A stretch of DNA of 64,000 nt from Actinophytocola sp. (GCF_009379765.1 NZ_WHTD01000016.1:8694-72693); one strand, 5' to 3'; counted from the first letter of the stretch, positions 52,612 to 61,274 are shown. Notes: generated from the sequence alone by a model not told the origin. Numbers and translations are program-made.

Positions 52612-52932
52612 TTAGGGCAGTGCGAGCACGATCCGGAGCGCCTCGTTCACCCGCATCAGGGTCGCCGGCGCCAGACTGCCCAGCAACTGCCCGAGCTCAT
52701 CCTTGCCGAGTTGCTGAACATCGTCGGCGTTCACGTACCCGACAAGGGGATCGGCGCCCTGGAGCCGCACCCAGGTCGGCAGGTCCGGGTGCTTGTCGGT
52801 CGTGGTGATCCGGACCGCGAGCACATCGGAGAGAACCCGGTTCCTGCGGTTGTTGGACACGATGAGCCAGGGCTTCGGGCCATATCCGATGTCGACCCGG
52901 TAGATCTGGCCCCGGACGGGAACCGGGCTCAT
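52612..52932 (-). CDS. mazF: PemK/MazF family endoribonuclease toxin
   Basis: RGQIYRVD.G...KPWLIVSNN..N, VRITTT, M.RVNEAL. Confidence 0.88.
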   Translation of the reverse strand: MSPVPVRGQIYRVDIGYGPKPWLIVSNNRRNRVLSDVLAVRITTTDKHPDLPTWVRLQGADPLVGYVNADDVQQLGKDELGQLLGSLAPATLMRVNEALRIVLALP

Positions 52933-53246
52933 CCAGGCATCACGCGATCGACTCGATCGGCGTAGCGCCGCCGGCGGGCGGCCGCCTCATCGGCGTCGTG
53001 CACCTCGGAGTACATCTCCGCGACCCGCTGGTATCCGCGCTCCAACAACTGTCCTCGGATCGCCGCCGCACCGGCCGCCATCAGTCCCCGGATCACAGCC
53101 GCCTCGGATGCACCTTCCGCGAGAACGATGCCGTGTGCTTCCGCCGTGTCCCGGAGTATCGCGCTTTCCGGCCGGTCGGGATCGCCGAACGCGCGGACGA
53201 TCTGCTCGTCCTGGTCCGTTAACGTCACCGTGGTGCGCTTGCTCAT
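52929..53246 (-). CDS. Putative antitoxin
   Basis: ATGA-coupled upstream of the toxin; N-terminal KRTTVTL strand resembles RHH proteins. Confidence 0.7.
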   Translation of the reverse strand: MSKRTTVTLTDQDEQIVRAFGDPDRPESAILRDTAEAHGIVLAEGASEAAVIRGLMAAGAAAIRGQLLERGYQRVAEMYSEVHDADEAAARRRRYADRVDRVMPG

Positions 53247-53289
53247 GCATCACATCCTATCATCACCAGGCCGCATCACATCGCGATGC
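53247..53289 (-). promoter_or_regulatory. Leaderless TA promoter with repeated operator
   Basis: TAGGAT -10 seven nt before ATG; GATGTGATGC at 53247-53256 and 53273-53282. Confidence 0.6.
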
Positions 53290-53290
53290 G

Positions 53291-54409
53291 TTACGGCTCA
53301 CGGTGGATGCGGCCGCTGGCCTCGGTGAGCCGGCTGCCGGCCCCGCCCCAGCGCATCGAGATGACCTCCGCCGCGATCGACACCGCCGTCTCCTCCGGGG
53401 TGCGTGCCCCCAGGTCGAGGCCGATCGGCGACGCGAGCCGGGCCAGCTCCTCCTCGGACAGCCCCGCCTCCCGCAGGCGGGCCATCCGGTCCTCGTGGGT
53501 GCGCCGGGAGCCCATCGCGCCCACGTAGCCGACGTCGGCACGCAAGGCGACCTCCAGCACCGGCACGTCGAACTTCGGGTCGTGGGTGAGCACCGCGACC
53601 ACCGTTCGCCCGTCGATCCGGTCCGCCTCCACCTCGGCCGCCAGGTACCGGTGCGGCCAGTCGACCACCACCTCGTCGGCCTGCGGGAAGCGGCTCTTCG
53701 TCGCGAACACCGGGCGCGCGTCGCACACCGTCACCCGGTATCCGAGGAACGACCCGAGCCGCGCCATCGCCGCCGCGAAGTCGATCGCGCCGAACACCAG
53801 CAGCCGGGGCGGCGGCTCGAACGAGCTCACGAACACCGACATGCCCTCGCCGCGCCGCTCGCCCTCCACGCCGTAGTGCAGCGTGCCGGTCCGGCCGTTG
53901 GCGAGCATGCCGCGCGCGTCGTCGGCCACCGCGTCGTTGATCCGGGAGGTCCCCAGGTCGCCGACGGTCCGCCCGGGCCACACCACGAGCCGCTTGCCCA
54001 GCCGCTCCGGCAAGGGGTGCGCCACCACGGTCGCGAGCGCCACCGGCTCCTCGCTCTGGATCGACTTCGCCAGGTCGACGAACTCCGGGAAGTCCGCCGC
54101 CGAGATCCGCTCGGTGTAGATGTCGATGATCCCGCCGCAGGTCAGCCCCACCGCGAACGCGTCGTCGTCGCTCACGCCGTACCGCTGCAGAACCGGGGCG
54201 CCGTCGCCGAGGACCTGCTGGCCCAGCTCGTAGACCGCCCCCTCCACGCACCCGCCCGAGACGCTGCCGGACACCGTCCCGTCCGGCGCGACCAGCATCG
54301 CCGCCCCCGGCGCACGCGGCGCCGAGGAGAACGTCGCCACCACCGTTCCCAGCGCGATCGGCTCACCGGCCGAGTACCGGCGCATCAGCTCGTCCAGCAC
54401 GTCACGCAC
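53291..54409 (-). CDS. xdhC: XdhC/CoxI family Moco-insertion chaperone
   Basis: SAPR.PGA, GSVSGGCVE, GLTCGG, LTHDPKFD, GAMGSRRT, SPIGLDLGARTPEE. Confidence 0.92.
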   Translation of the reverse strand: MRDVLDELMRRYSAGEPIALGTVVATFSSAPRAPGAAMLVAPDGTVSGSVSGGCVEGAVYELGQQVLGDGAPVLQRYGVSDDDAFAVGLTCGGIIDIYTERISAADFPEFVDLAKSIQSEEPVALATVVAHPLPERLGKRLVVWPGRTVGDLGTSRINDAVADDARGMLANGRTGTLHYGVEGERRGEGMSVFVSSFEPPPRLLVFGAIDFAAAMARLGSFLGYRVTVCDARPVFATKSRFPQADEVVVDWPHRYLAAEVEADRIDGRTVVAVLTHDPKFDVPVLEVALRADVGYVGAMGSRRTHEDRMARLREAGLSEEELARLASPIGLDLGARTPEETAVSIAAEVISMRWGGAGSRLTEASGRIHREP

Positions 54410-55523
54410 GGCGAACCTCCATCAGTAGCTCTTCCAGCGTGGCCAGGCTGTGCCCGGCCAGCAGCAGGTCCAGGTGCGGCAGCGCCGCCGCGATGCCGGA
54501 CTGCACCGGCGCGTACCCGTCCCGCCCGGCATGCGGGTTGACCCACAACACCGCGTGTGCGAGCCGGCGAAGGCGGGCCAGCTGCTCGCCGAGCAGCGAC
54601 GCGTCGCCCCGCTCCCAGCCGTCGGAGAACAGCACCACGACCGCGCGCCGGGCGAGGCCGCGCTGGCCCCACCGGTCGAGGAACGCGCGCAACGTCTCGC
54701 CGAGCCGAGTGCCGCCCGCGAAGTCGGGCACCGCGCGCGACGCCGCGGTGAGCGCCTCCTGCGGGTCGCGGGCGCGCAGCTGGCGGGACAGCCTGGTGAG
54801 CCGGGTGCCGACGGTGAAGACCTCGGTGGTGGCGGGTGCCGCGCGGGTGACCGCGTGCGCGAACCGCAGCAGCGCGTCGGCGTAGGGGGTCATCGAGCCG
54901 GACACGTCGATGAGCAGCACCACCCGCCGCGGCCGCCGGCCCCGCCCCCGGTATGCCAGCCGGATCGGCTCGCCGCCCGCGGCCCGCATGGCGCGCAGCA
55001 CCTTGGGCACGTCGAGCCGGCCGGACCTCGTCGGGCGCGACCGCATCGACCTGCGCTGCGGCGGCTCCAGGCGCAGCGTCGCCATCAGCTCACGCAGGTG
55101 CTCGCGCTCGGCGGCGGTGAGCGCGGAGATGTCGCGGTGCCGCAGCACCTCGGTGTCGCTCGCCGCGACCTTCAGCTCCTCGTCCTCGCGCTCCGGCGAC
55201 GAGCCGTTGCCGGCGACGTCGGTTAGCGCGGCCATGGTGGCCTGCCGCGGCTTGGGCGGCATCATCGACCTGCGCCTGCGCGGCTCCTTGGCGGTGAACC
55301 AGGCCGCGAACGCGTCGTCGTAGCGGGGCAGGTCGTCCGGCTCGGCGCACAGGGTCAGCCGACCGGCCCAGTACAGCTGGTCCGGATCGGCGACGTCCAC
55401 GGCCCGCACGGCCCCGAGGTACGCCTGCACCCGCTGGGCGTCGGCCGGCAGCCCCGCCTCCCGCAGTGCGGCGGCGAAGCCGACCAGACCCGGCAGCGGG
55501 TCGAGCGTGTCGGACAAGGGCAC
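54402..55523 (-). CDS. CoxE-like VWA domain protein
   Basis: DVSGSM MIDAS, GGTRLG, SDGWERG, WVNP. Start may be TTG 55517, six nt after AGGAGG. Confidence 0.9.
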   Translation of the reverse strand: MPLSDTLDPLPGLVGFAAALREAGLPADAQRVQAYLGAVRAVDVADPDQLYWAGRLTLCAEPDDLPRYDDAFAAWFTAKEPRRRRSMMPPKPRQATMAALTDVAGNGSSPEREDEELKVAASDTEVLRHRDISALTAAEREHLRELMATLRLEPPQRRSMRSRPTRSGRLDVPKVLRAMRAAGGEPIRLAYRGRGRRPRRVVLLIDVSGSMTPYADALLRFAHAVTRAAPATTEVFTVGTRLTRLSRQLRARDPQEALTAASRAVPDFAGGTRLGETLRAFLDRWGQRGLARRAVVVLFSDGWERGDASLLGEQLARLRRLAHAVLWVNPHAGRDGYAPVQSGIAAALPHLDLLLAGHSLATLEELLMEVRRA

Positions 55524-55584
55524 CCTCCTATTGTTACTTGTTCAACCCAGTAGGTTCAGGGTTACTTCCCACCACGGATACCTG

Positions 55585-56532
55585 ATGCCGGACCACGCGA
55601 CGCTCACCGACGAACTCAAGCGCCTCCGCAAGGGCCGCGGCGTGCACTCGACCAACATCGCCGACCGGGTCGGGCCCGCCCTGCGGCGGCTGTGCGGCAT
55701 TGGTCCGGACGACCCGTCGGCGACCGTTCGCGACCGGCTCGGCATGAGGTTGCGCGACCTCGCCGCGCGGCTGCCGGACGACCTGCGGCTGGCGCTGCTG
55801 GCCGCGCTGGGGCTGCACGAGGACACCACGCACCCGCGGCTCGGCGAACGCCTGGAGTGGCTCGCCCGCCGGCTCGCCAGGGACTCGCGGACCGCGCGGC
55901 GGCGCGCCGACCAGGCCTGCGAGCTGCTCGCCGAGCTGGTCGACACGCTGCCCGACGAGCCGGACGAGCCCGGCGACGGCTGGTACGTGCGCCGGTTCAG
56001 CGCACTGGTGCGGCTGGACGGGCAGGCGCCGGAGGTCACCGAGACGCGGACGGTGGTCGCCACCCAGGACGGGGTCGGCGAGCTGGGCACCGAGTTCAGC
56101 CTGCCCCGGCATCCGGCCGACCGGCGGCCCACCCACGACCTCGGCGTGGCGATGCTCTACGGCGGGCGGCTGGTGCGGCGGGAGCGGCGTTCGGAGAGCC
56201 ACTTCGAGTTCACCGTCGAGCTGCCGGCGGAGCTCGGCATCGGGCAGGACCACGAGTACGCGATGCGGCTGCGGGTGCCGGCGGGGCAGCCGGTGCGGCC
56301 GCACTACCTGTTCGTGCCGTACCGGCGGTGCGACCTGTTCGAGCTGCGGCTGCGGTTCGACCCGGCACGCACGCCGCGGACGCTGTGGCGGGTGACGGAC
56401 AGCCCGCTGCGGGTGGTCGACGACGGCCAGCCGAGTGGTGAGCTGCTCAGCCCGGACGCCGCGGGGGAGATACACCAGGTTTATCCGGAGCCACGCCAAG
56501 GATTCGCCTACGGCGTGCAGTGGAACGGCTGA
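55585..56532 (+). CDS. Hypothetical protein, putative DNA-binding N-terminus and beta-rich C-terminal domain
   Basis: ELKRLRKGRG and RDSRTARRRAD HTH-like segments; C-terminal GWYV...YGVQW. Confidence 0.65.
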   Translation: MPDHATLTDELKRLRKGRGVHSTNIADRVGPALRRLCGIGPDDPSATVRDRLGMRLRDLAARLPDDLRLALLAALGLHEDTTHPRLGERLEWLARRLARDSRTARRRADQACELLAELVDTLPDEPDEPGDGWYVRRFSALVRLDGQAPEVTETRTVVATQDGVGELGTEFSLPRHPADRRPTHDLGVAMLYGGRLVRRERRSESHFEFTVELPAELGIGQDHEYAMRLRVPAGQPVRPHYLFVPYRRCDLFELRLRFDPARTPRTLWRVTDSPLRVVDDGQPSGELLSPDAAGEIHQVYPEPRQGFAYGVQWNG

Positions 56533-56537
56533 AAAGA

Positions 56538-56572
56538 GTGGGCCGGACGGTTCCGAGCACCGTCCGGCCCAC
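56538..56572. terminator. Hairpin between convergent islet genes
   Basis: GTGGGCCGGACGGT/ACCGTCCGGCCCAC. Confidence 0.65.
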
Positions 56573-56588
56573 CCTACCCCCAGTCATC

Positions 56589-56654
56589 TCACCCCGTGGC
56601 TGTCAGCAACGAGACCAACCATGTCACCAGGTCCGCGAACCGGTGGGACTCCAT
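56589..56654 (-). CDS. Candidate 21-aa hydrophobic peptide MESHRFADLVTWLVSLLTATG
   Basis: RBS GAGGAGAGGA six nt before ATG. Confidence 0.4.
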   Translation of the reverse strand: MESHRFADLVTWLVSLLTATG

Positions 56655-56839
56655 GACCCGTCCTCTCCTCGCGGATGCCCAGGTGCCCCATCCGGCACCT
56701 GGGTCGACGGCGAGCGGGTCGGCTGGGAGTCCGGTGTGGACATCGCTGCCGAGCTGAGCCACATTCCGGCGACGAACCCGACAACCAGGCAGAACGCCGC
56801 CAGCTTGAGCGCGAACGACATCGGCAGGTAAGTCTGCAC
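56624..56839 (-). CDS. Small single-TM or secreted protein
   Basis: RBS GGAGG seven nt before GTG; hydrophobic FALKLAAFCLVVGFVAGMWL then a polar tail. Confidence 0.5.
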   Translation of the reverse strand: MQTYLPMSFALKLAAFCLVVGFVAGMWLSSAAMSTPDSQPTRSPSTQVPDGAPGHPRGEDGSWSPTGSRTW

Positions 56840-57123
56840 GCCCTTGCCTCCCCTCCCCCGACCACCTCGACAATTAGAGGTTCACATGGGATCGGCAATT
56901 GTTCTGCGTCACCTGACACACAACTATGGAATTGTCCGTGCTGTCCTGTCTCCGACCCCGACCCTTGCCGCCACCTGCCGCGATGACCATAGCGGAGCAA
57001 GGAATTCACCCTACTCGCCCATCCCGACCGGTCATGGATCGGACATTTGGCCAAATTGTAGCCAGCAATAGCCGAAGATCAAACCGAGATGAATTCCGCG
57101 CAATGTATCTCGCAATAAAGCGG

Positions 57124-57504
57124 TCAGCCGAACGACTCGAACAGCTCCACCGGGTTGCCCGACGGATCGTCCACGAGGATCTGTTTGCCGCCGACACCTG
57201 TGACGATCTCGTTGCGGAAGCGGACCCCGGCGGCACGCAGCCGGGCGACAGCGGTCTCGAGGTCGTCGACGGTGAGCTGGAAACGGTTCCAGCCACCCGG
57301 CTCGGGCACCCGGCCGTCCGGCATGGGTCGGCCGGCGCCGCCACCGCCGGTCGGCGTGCTCAGCAGCAGGCGCAGCGGGCCGCGGGAGAGCATCGCGAAC
57401 CCGGGCGCCGGATGCATGTCTACGGTGAAGCCGAGCAGGGTCGAGTAGAAGTCGATGGCCGCGTCGACGTCGGCGACCAGATAACGAACGCTCACCATGT
57501 CCAT
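57124..57504 (-). CDS. VOC/glyoxalase family protein
   Basis: VRYLVADVDAAIDFY, GGWNRFQL, DDPSGNPVELFE. Confidence 0.88.
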   Translation of the reverse strand: MDMVSVRYLVADVDAAIDFYSTLLGFTVDMHPAPGFAMLSRGPLRLLLSTPTGGGGAGRPMPDGRVPEPGGWNRFQLTVDDLETAVARLRAAGVRFRNEIVTGVGGKQILVDDPSGNPVELFESFG

Positions 57505-58040
57505 ATGTCGAACCTAACCTGGCGCCGGCCGGATCGCGGCCGGCGCCAGGCGGGGCTCCCCGCCGCGACCATGGCCAGGTAGCGGAGCCGGGCACGGGGT
57601 GCCGGAACGTGGTTCGTGGGGGCTCGGGGAGCCGTCCGCTTCGGAGCTGAAGGGACGGCTCCCGGGAACCGGATGGCAGCCGCCGCGGGGCAGGCACCGC
57701 GACAGGCCCGCAGACACCGCGACGGCTCCATCCGGTGAGGACACCGGACTACCGCGATCTCCCCCTGAATGCGGTGCTCACGATGTCCTCCTGTGGTTCG
57801 GCGCGCCGGGACCAACTATGCGCCAAGGGATACCCCCGACGCGACCGATTTTCGGCTAGCAGATCGCACCGACAAGATCCGGTTCGCGCAGCGGTCGCGC
57901 ACCCCACTTGTCCACAGCCGAGGCGGCTGTCCACAACTCGACGCGGGACACCAGCACGTGCCCTCCGCCGCCGGCACGATCGAGGCATGGACAAGACGCC
58001 CATCCCCACCCCAACACCCGAGCACCGCACTCCGGCAGCG

Positions 58041-58937
58041 TCAGCCCGCCAGGATCTGGTCCAAGCCCGCGGCCACCACGCGCTGCGCGTCCTCCCGGTA
58101 CTTGAGCACCGCGCCCAGCGTGGCCGCCGCCGCGGCGGCGTCCAGCTCCGACTTCCCCAGCGCCCGCAGCGCCTCAGCCCAGTCGATCGACTCCGCCACC
58201 CCCGGCGGCTTCAGCAGCTCCACCTCACGCAGCCGGCGCACCGCGCTCGCCACCTGGTTCGCCAGCTGCGGGGACAACCCCGGCAGCCGGCGCCGCAGGA
58301 TCGCCACCTCGCGCGCGAGCGCAGGGTGCTCGAGCCAGTGGTAAAGGCACCGCCGCTTCAGCGCGTCGTGCACCTCACGGGTCCGGTTCGACGTCAGGAT
58401 CACCAGCGGCGGCACCTCGGCCCGCACCTCGCCGAGCTCCGGCACGGTCACCGCGTTCTCCCCCAGCACCTCGAGGAGATACGCCTCGAACTCGTCGTCG
58501 GCGCGGTCGACCTCGTCGACCAGCAGCACGCACGGCGACTCCTCCAACGCCCGCAACAACGGCCGGGCCAGCAGGAACCGTCGCGAGTACAGCGACTTCT
58601 CCGCCATGTCGGAGTCCAGCTCACCGGGCGCGGCCGCCTCCAACGCGCGCAGGTGCAGCAGCTGCCGGGGGAAGTCCCAGTCGTACAGCGCCTGAGTGAA
58701 GTCGATGCCCTCATGACACTGCAGCTTGATCAGCTTCACCCCGAGCGCCTCGGCCAGCGCCAGCGCGAGCGATGTCTTGCCGGTGCCCGGCTCGCCCTCG
58801 CAGAACAGCGGCCTGCCCAGCCGCAACGCGAGGAACGCCGCCGTCGCGACCCCTTCGTCCGCCAAGTAACCGACCCGCTCGAGCGAGTCTGCGAGCTCGT
58901 CCGGGGAGTCGACCGGCGCCCACGACGTATCCACCAC
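58041..58937 (-). CDS. CoxD/MoxR-like AAA+ ATPase
   Basis: EGEPGTGKT, LQCHEG, ALYDW, DEVDRADDEFEA, TSNRTREVHDALKRRC. Confidence 0.92.
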   Translation of the reverse strand: MVDTSWAPVDSPDELADSLERVGYLADEGVATAAFLALRLGRPLFCEGEPGTGKTSLALALAEALGVKLIKLQCHEGIDFTQALYDWDFPRQLLHLRALEAAAPGELDSDMAEKSLYSRRFLLARPLLRALEESPCVLLVDEVDRADDEFEAYLLEVLGENAVTVPELGEVRAEVPPLVILTSNRTREVHDALKRRCLYHWLEHPALAREVAILRRRLPGLSPQLANQVASAVRRLREVELLKPPGVAESIDWAEALRALGKSELDAAAAAATLGAVLKYREDAQRVVAAGLDQILAG

Positions 58938-59040
58938 ATCTGCGACTGTAGAGGTACGGACGGTCCCGGAGCCCCGGGTCCGGGACCGACCAGGGTTGAT
59001 CCCCGATGCCGCGGGCCCGCCGGCGAGCGAACCTGGACTC

Positions 59041-59253
59041 ATGTACGACACCGACACACAGACCCGTCCCGTCCGCAAGCTCCGCCGCAACCGCTCCGAC
59101 CGGATGGTCGCCGGCGTGTGCGGTGGCGTCGCCGCCATGCTCGGCATCGACGCCGCGCTGGTCCGCATCGCCCTGGTCGCCGCCACCCTGCTCGGCTTCG
59201 GCACCGGCGCCATCCTCTACCTGATCGCCTGGATGGTCGTCCCCGAGGACTGA
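59041..59253 (+). CDS. PspC domain protein
   Basis: LRR..SDRMVAGVCGGVA...YLIAWMVVP. Confidence 0.9.
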   Translation: MYDTDTQTRPVRKLRRNRSDRMVAGVCGGVAAMLGIDAALVRIALVAATLLGFGTGAILYLIAWMVVPED

Positions 59254-59259
59254 CCGACT

Positions 59260-59398
59260 GTGTTCATGGTTCGCTCCGCTCACGGTGTTCAACGGCTCGC
59301 TCCGTCACTTCCGCTCACGGTGTTGGATGGTTCGCTCCGCTCCTCCGCTACTCGCCGTCTTCCTCCGTGCGATGCTTGCTCCGTCACTCTCGCTCACG
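59260..59398. repeat. Degenerate intergenic repeat cluster (TCGCTCCGCTCAC family)
   Basis: Four imperfect copies of the TCGCTCCG core with CTCAC ends. Confidence 0.65.
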
Positions 59399-59412
59399 CC
59401 TAGAGTGACGGC

Positions 59413-59754
59413 GTGACCGAGGAGCCAGTAGGCCGCACCGTCTCGCGCCTCGGCACCGCCCGTGCGCTGGTGCTGCTCGCCGCCGCGCTGTCGTTCGGGG
59501 CGAGCGCACTGGTTTGTTTCGTCGTTCTCGTCTTCGGTCCGTCCGTTCTCGACCGGCCGGGCCTGACCGGCGCCGTTGTGTTCGCCTCGGCGGTGTTCTG
59601 CCTGGTCGTGCTCGTCTCGGCGATCACCGCGAGCTTGCTCGCGGTCCGTGCCGGCACGGTCCGGACCGCCGTCGGCCGGGGCTGCGGAACGCTGCTCGCG
59701 GGCGTCGGGACCGGTCTCGCGGCACTGCTCTTGTTGATCTCGAGAAACACATGA
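59413..59754 (+). CDS. Small membrane protein, about 3 TM helices
   Basis: Hydrophobic ORF; TAGAGT -10 six nt before GTG. Confidence 0.55.
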   Translation: MTEEPVGRTVSRLGTARALVLLAAALSFGASALVCFVVLVFGPSVLDRPGLTGAVVFASAVFCLVVLVSAITASLLAVRAGTVRTAVGRGCGTLLAGVGTGLAALLLLISRNT

Positions 59755-59782
59755 AACCCGCCGGTAACCACCCGAATGGCCG

Positions 59783-59810
59783 GTATCTGGCCCCCACACT
59801 CACGCTCTTG
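59783..59810 (+). promoter_or_regulatory. Putative ECF promoter, copy 1
   Basis: GTATCT-N16-CTCTTG upstream of the sigma gene. Confidence 0.6.
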
Positions 59811-59944
59811 AGTGGTGAGACGATCTATCGTTTAACAGTGACCCGGACGGGTGACCTGGACGTGGAGACGACGCGAGCGCAGGGGGTTGGCACGATGGAC
59901 GTGGTGCCAACAGGAACACAACCCACGAAGCGGGGTGAGAAGCG

Positions 59945-60547
59945 GTGACCGAACTGCAGACCGCAAGCGTGGCCAAGCCCTGGGAGGGGCTCGACGGGCG
60001 GGACCGGCACGCGGCGTGCATGATCGCCGCGCAGGCGGGTGACCGCTCGGCGTTCGACGTCCTGGTCGCCGAGCTCACGCCACTCGTGTGGCACGTGGCG
60101 CGGAGCAACGGGCTGGACCGGACCAGCGCGGAGGATGTCGTGCAGACCGTGTGGCTGGCACTGCTGCGACACCTCAACCGCCTGTCCGAACCCCGGGCGC
60201 TGGCCGGCTGGCTCATCACCACCACGCGGCGGGAGGCCCAGCGGGTCAACCACCGCGGCTCCGGCCAGGTGGAGCTGTCCAGCGAGGTCGCCGAGCAGCT
60301 GCCGACCACCGACCCGTCGCCAGAGCACGAGGTGCTGCGCGACGAGCGGGACCGCCAGCTCTGGGCCGCCTTCCACAAGCTCACGCAGCGCTGCCAGGAG
60401 CTGCTGCGGCTCACCGTGCTCGCCGGCCGCGCGGAGTACCGCGCCGTCGCCGAGACCCTGCATATGCCGCACGGCAGTATCGGACCGACCAGAGGGCGCT
60501 GCCTGAACAGCCTCCGCGCCCTTTACAACGGGGACAGTGGATCATGA
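59945..60547 (+). CDS. ECF RNA polymerase sigma factor
   Basis: Region 2 AEDVVQTVWLAL...GWL.TT.RRE; region 4 YRAVAETL.MP.GSIGPTRGRCL. Confidence 0.92.
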   Translation: MTELQTASVAKPWEGLDGRDRHAACMIAAQAGDRSAFDVLVAELTPLVWHVARSNGLDRTSAEDVVQTVWLALLRHLNRLSEPRALAGWLITTTRREAQRVNHRGSGQVELSSEVAEQLPTTDPSPEHEVLRDERDRQLWAAFHKLTQRCQELLRLTVLAGRAEYRAVAETLHMPHGSIGPTRGRCLNSLRALYNGDSGS

Positions 60548-61005
60548 GAACGCACCAGGCTGACGACGAGCTGATGACCCAGGTGGCGCGGCTGGTGAAC
60601 GAGTTCGACCCACCCCCACCGGGGCTGGTCGAGCGCACCCAGTTCGCCGTCGCCATCGAGGACATCGACGATGTCGAGCTCGAGGTCGCGCGCTGGGCGG
60701 ACAGCCATCAGCTGGCCGGCGTGCGCGGTGGCCTGCCGGGCACGATCACCTTCTTCGTCGGCGACCTGACCGTGATGGTCAACGTCACCCGCACCGGCGA
60801 GCGCCAGCGCATCGACGGCTGGCTGGTGCCGGCCGGCGCGCACGGCGTCGAGGTCCGGGTCGCCGAGCACGGCTCGTCCACCACCACCGCGGACGAGGGC
60901 GGCCGCTTCGTACTCACCGAGGTGCCGCGCGGAACCACCCAGCTGCTCGTGCGGATGAACGCAGAACAGTCACGCACGGTGGTAACTCCAACTGTCGACT
61001 TGTAA
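60544..61005 (+). CDS. Putative soluble anti-sigma with carboxypeptidase-regulatory-like beta-sandwich
   Basis: ATGA-coupled to the sigma gene; DPPP.GLVER, LAGVRG, IDGWLVP, ADEGGRFVL..VPRG. Confidence 0.75.
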   Translation: MRTHQADDELMTQVARLVNEFDPPPPGLVERTQFAVAIEDIDDVELEVARWADSHQLAGVRGGLPGTITFFVGDLTVMVNVTRTGERQRIDGWLVPAGAHGVEVRVAEHGSSTTTADEGGRFVLTEVPRGTTQLLVRMNAEQSRTVVTPTVDL

Positions 61006-61045
61006 CCCGAACGGACCTATTGCTCCATTCGGCAGATATTCTCAT

Positions 61046-61073
61046 GTATCTCACCGTGCATGTTCACCTCTTG
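61046..61073 (+). promoter_or_regulatory. Putative ECF promoter, copy 2
   Basis: GTATCT-N16-CTCTTG upstream of the 49-aa peptide gene. Confidence 0.6.
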
Positions 61074-61124
61074 TCTCAGTGGAAGGTGAGCACGCAGCAT
61101 GTCTGCTGAAAGGGGAGTAAAGCG

Positions 61125-61274
61125 ATGACCAGCCCGCAGCCACCCAAGCCTCCGGTCGACCCGCGCCCGCCATGCGCCACGTGTGGATCGACGACTCACA
61201 CCACCGGCTTCCACGACAACAGTGAGCCGACCGGCTTCCACGACAACTCGGTTCCGACCTCCACCGACGAGTAG
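61125..61274 (+). CDS. 49-aa peptide MTSPQPPKPPVDPRPPCATCGSTTHTTGFHDNSEPTGFHDNSVPTSTDE
   Basis: RBS AAGGGGAG seven nt before ATG; in-frame repeat with 27-nt period; CxxCx4Hx4H motif; followed by a long hairpin. Confidence 0.7.
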   Translation: MTSPQPPKPPVDPRPPCATCGSTTHTTGFHDNSEPTGFHDNSVPTSTDE

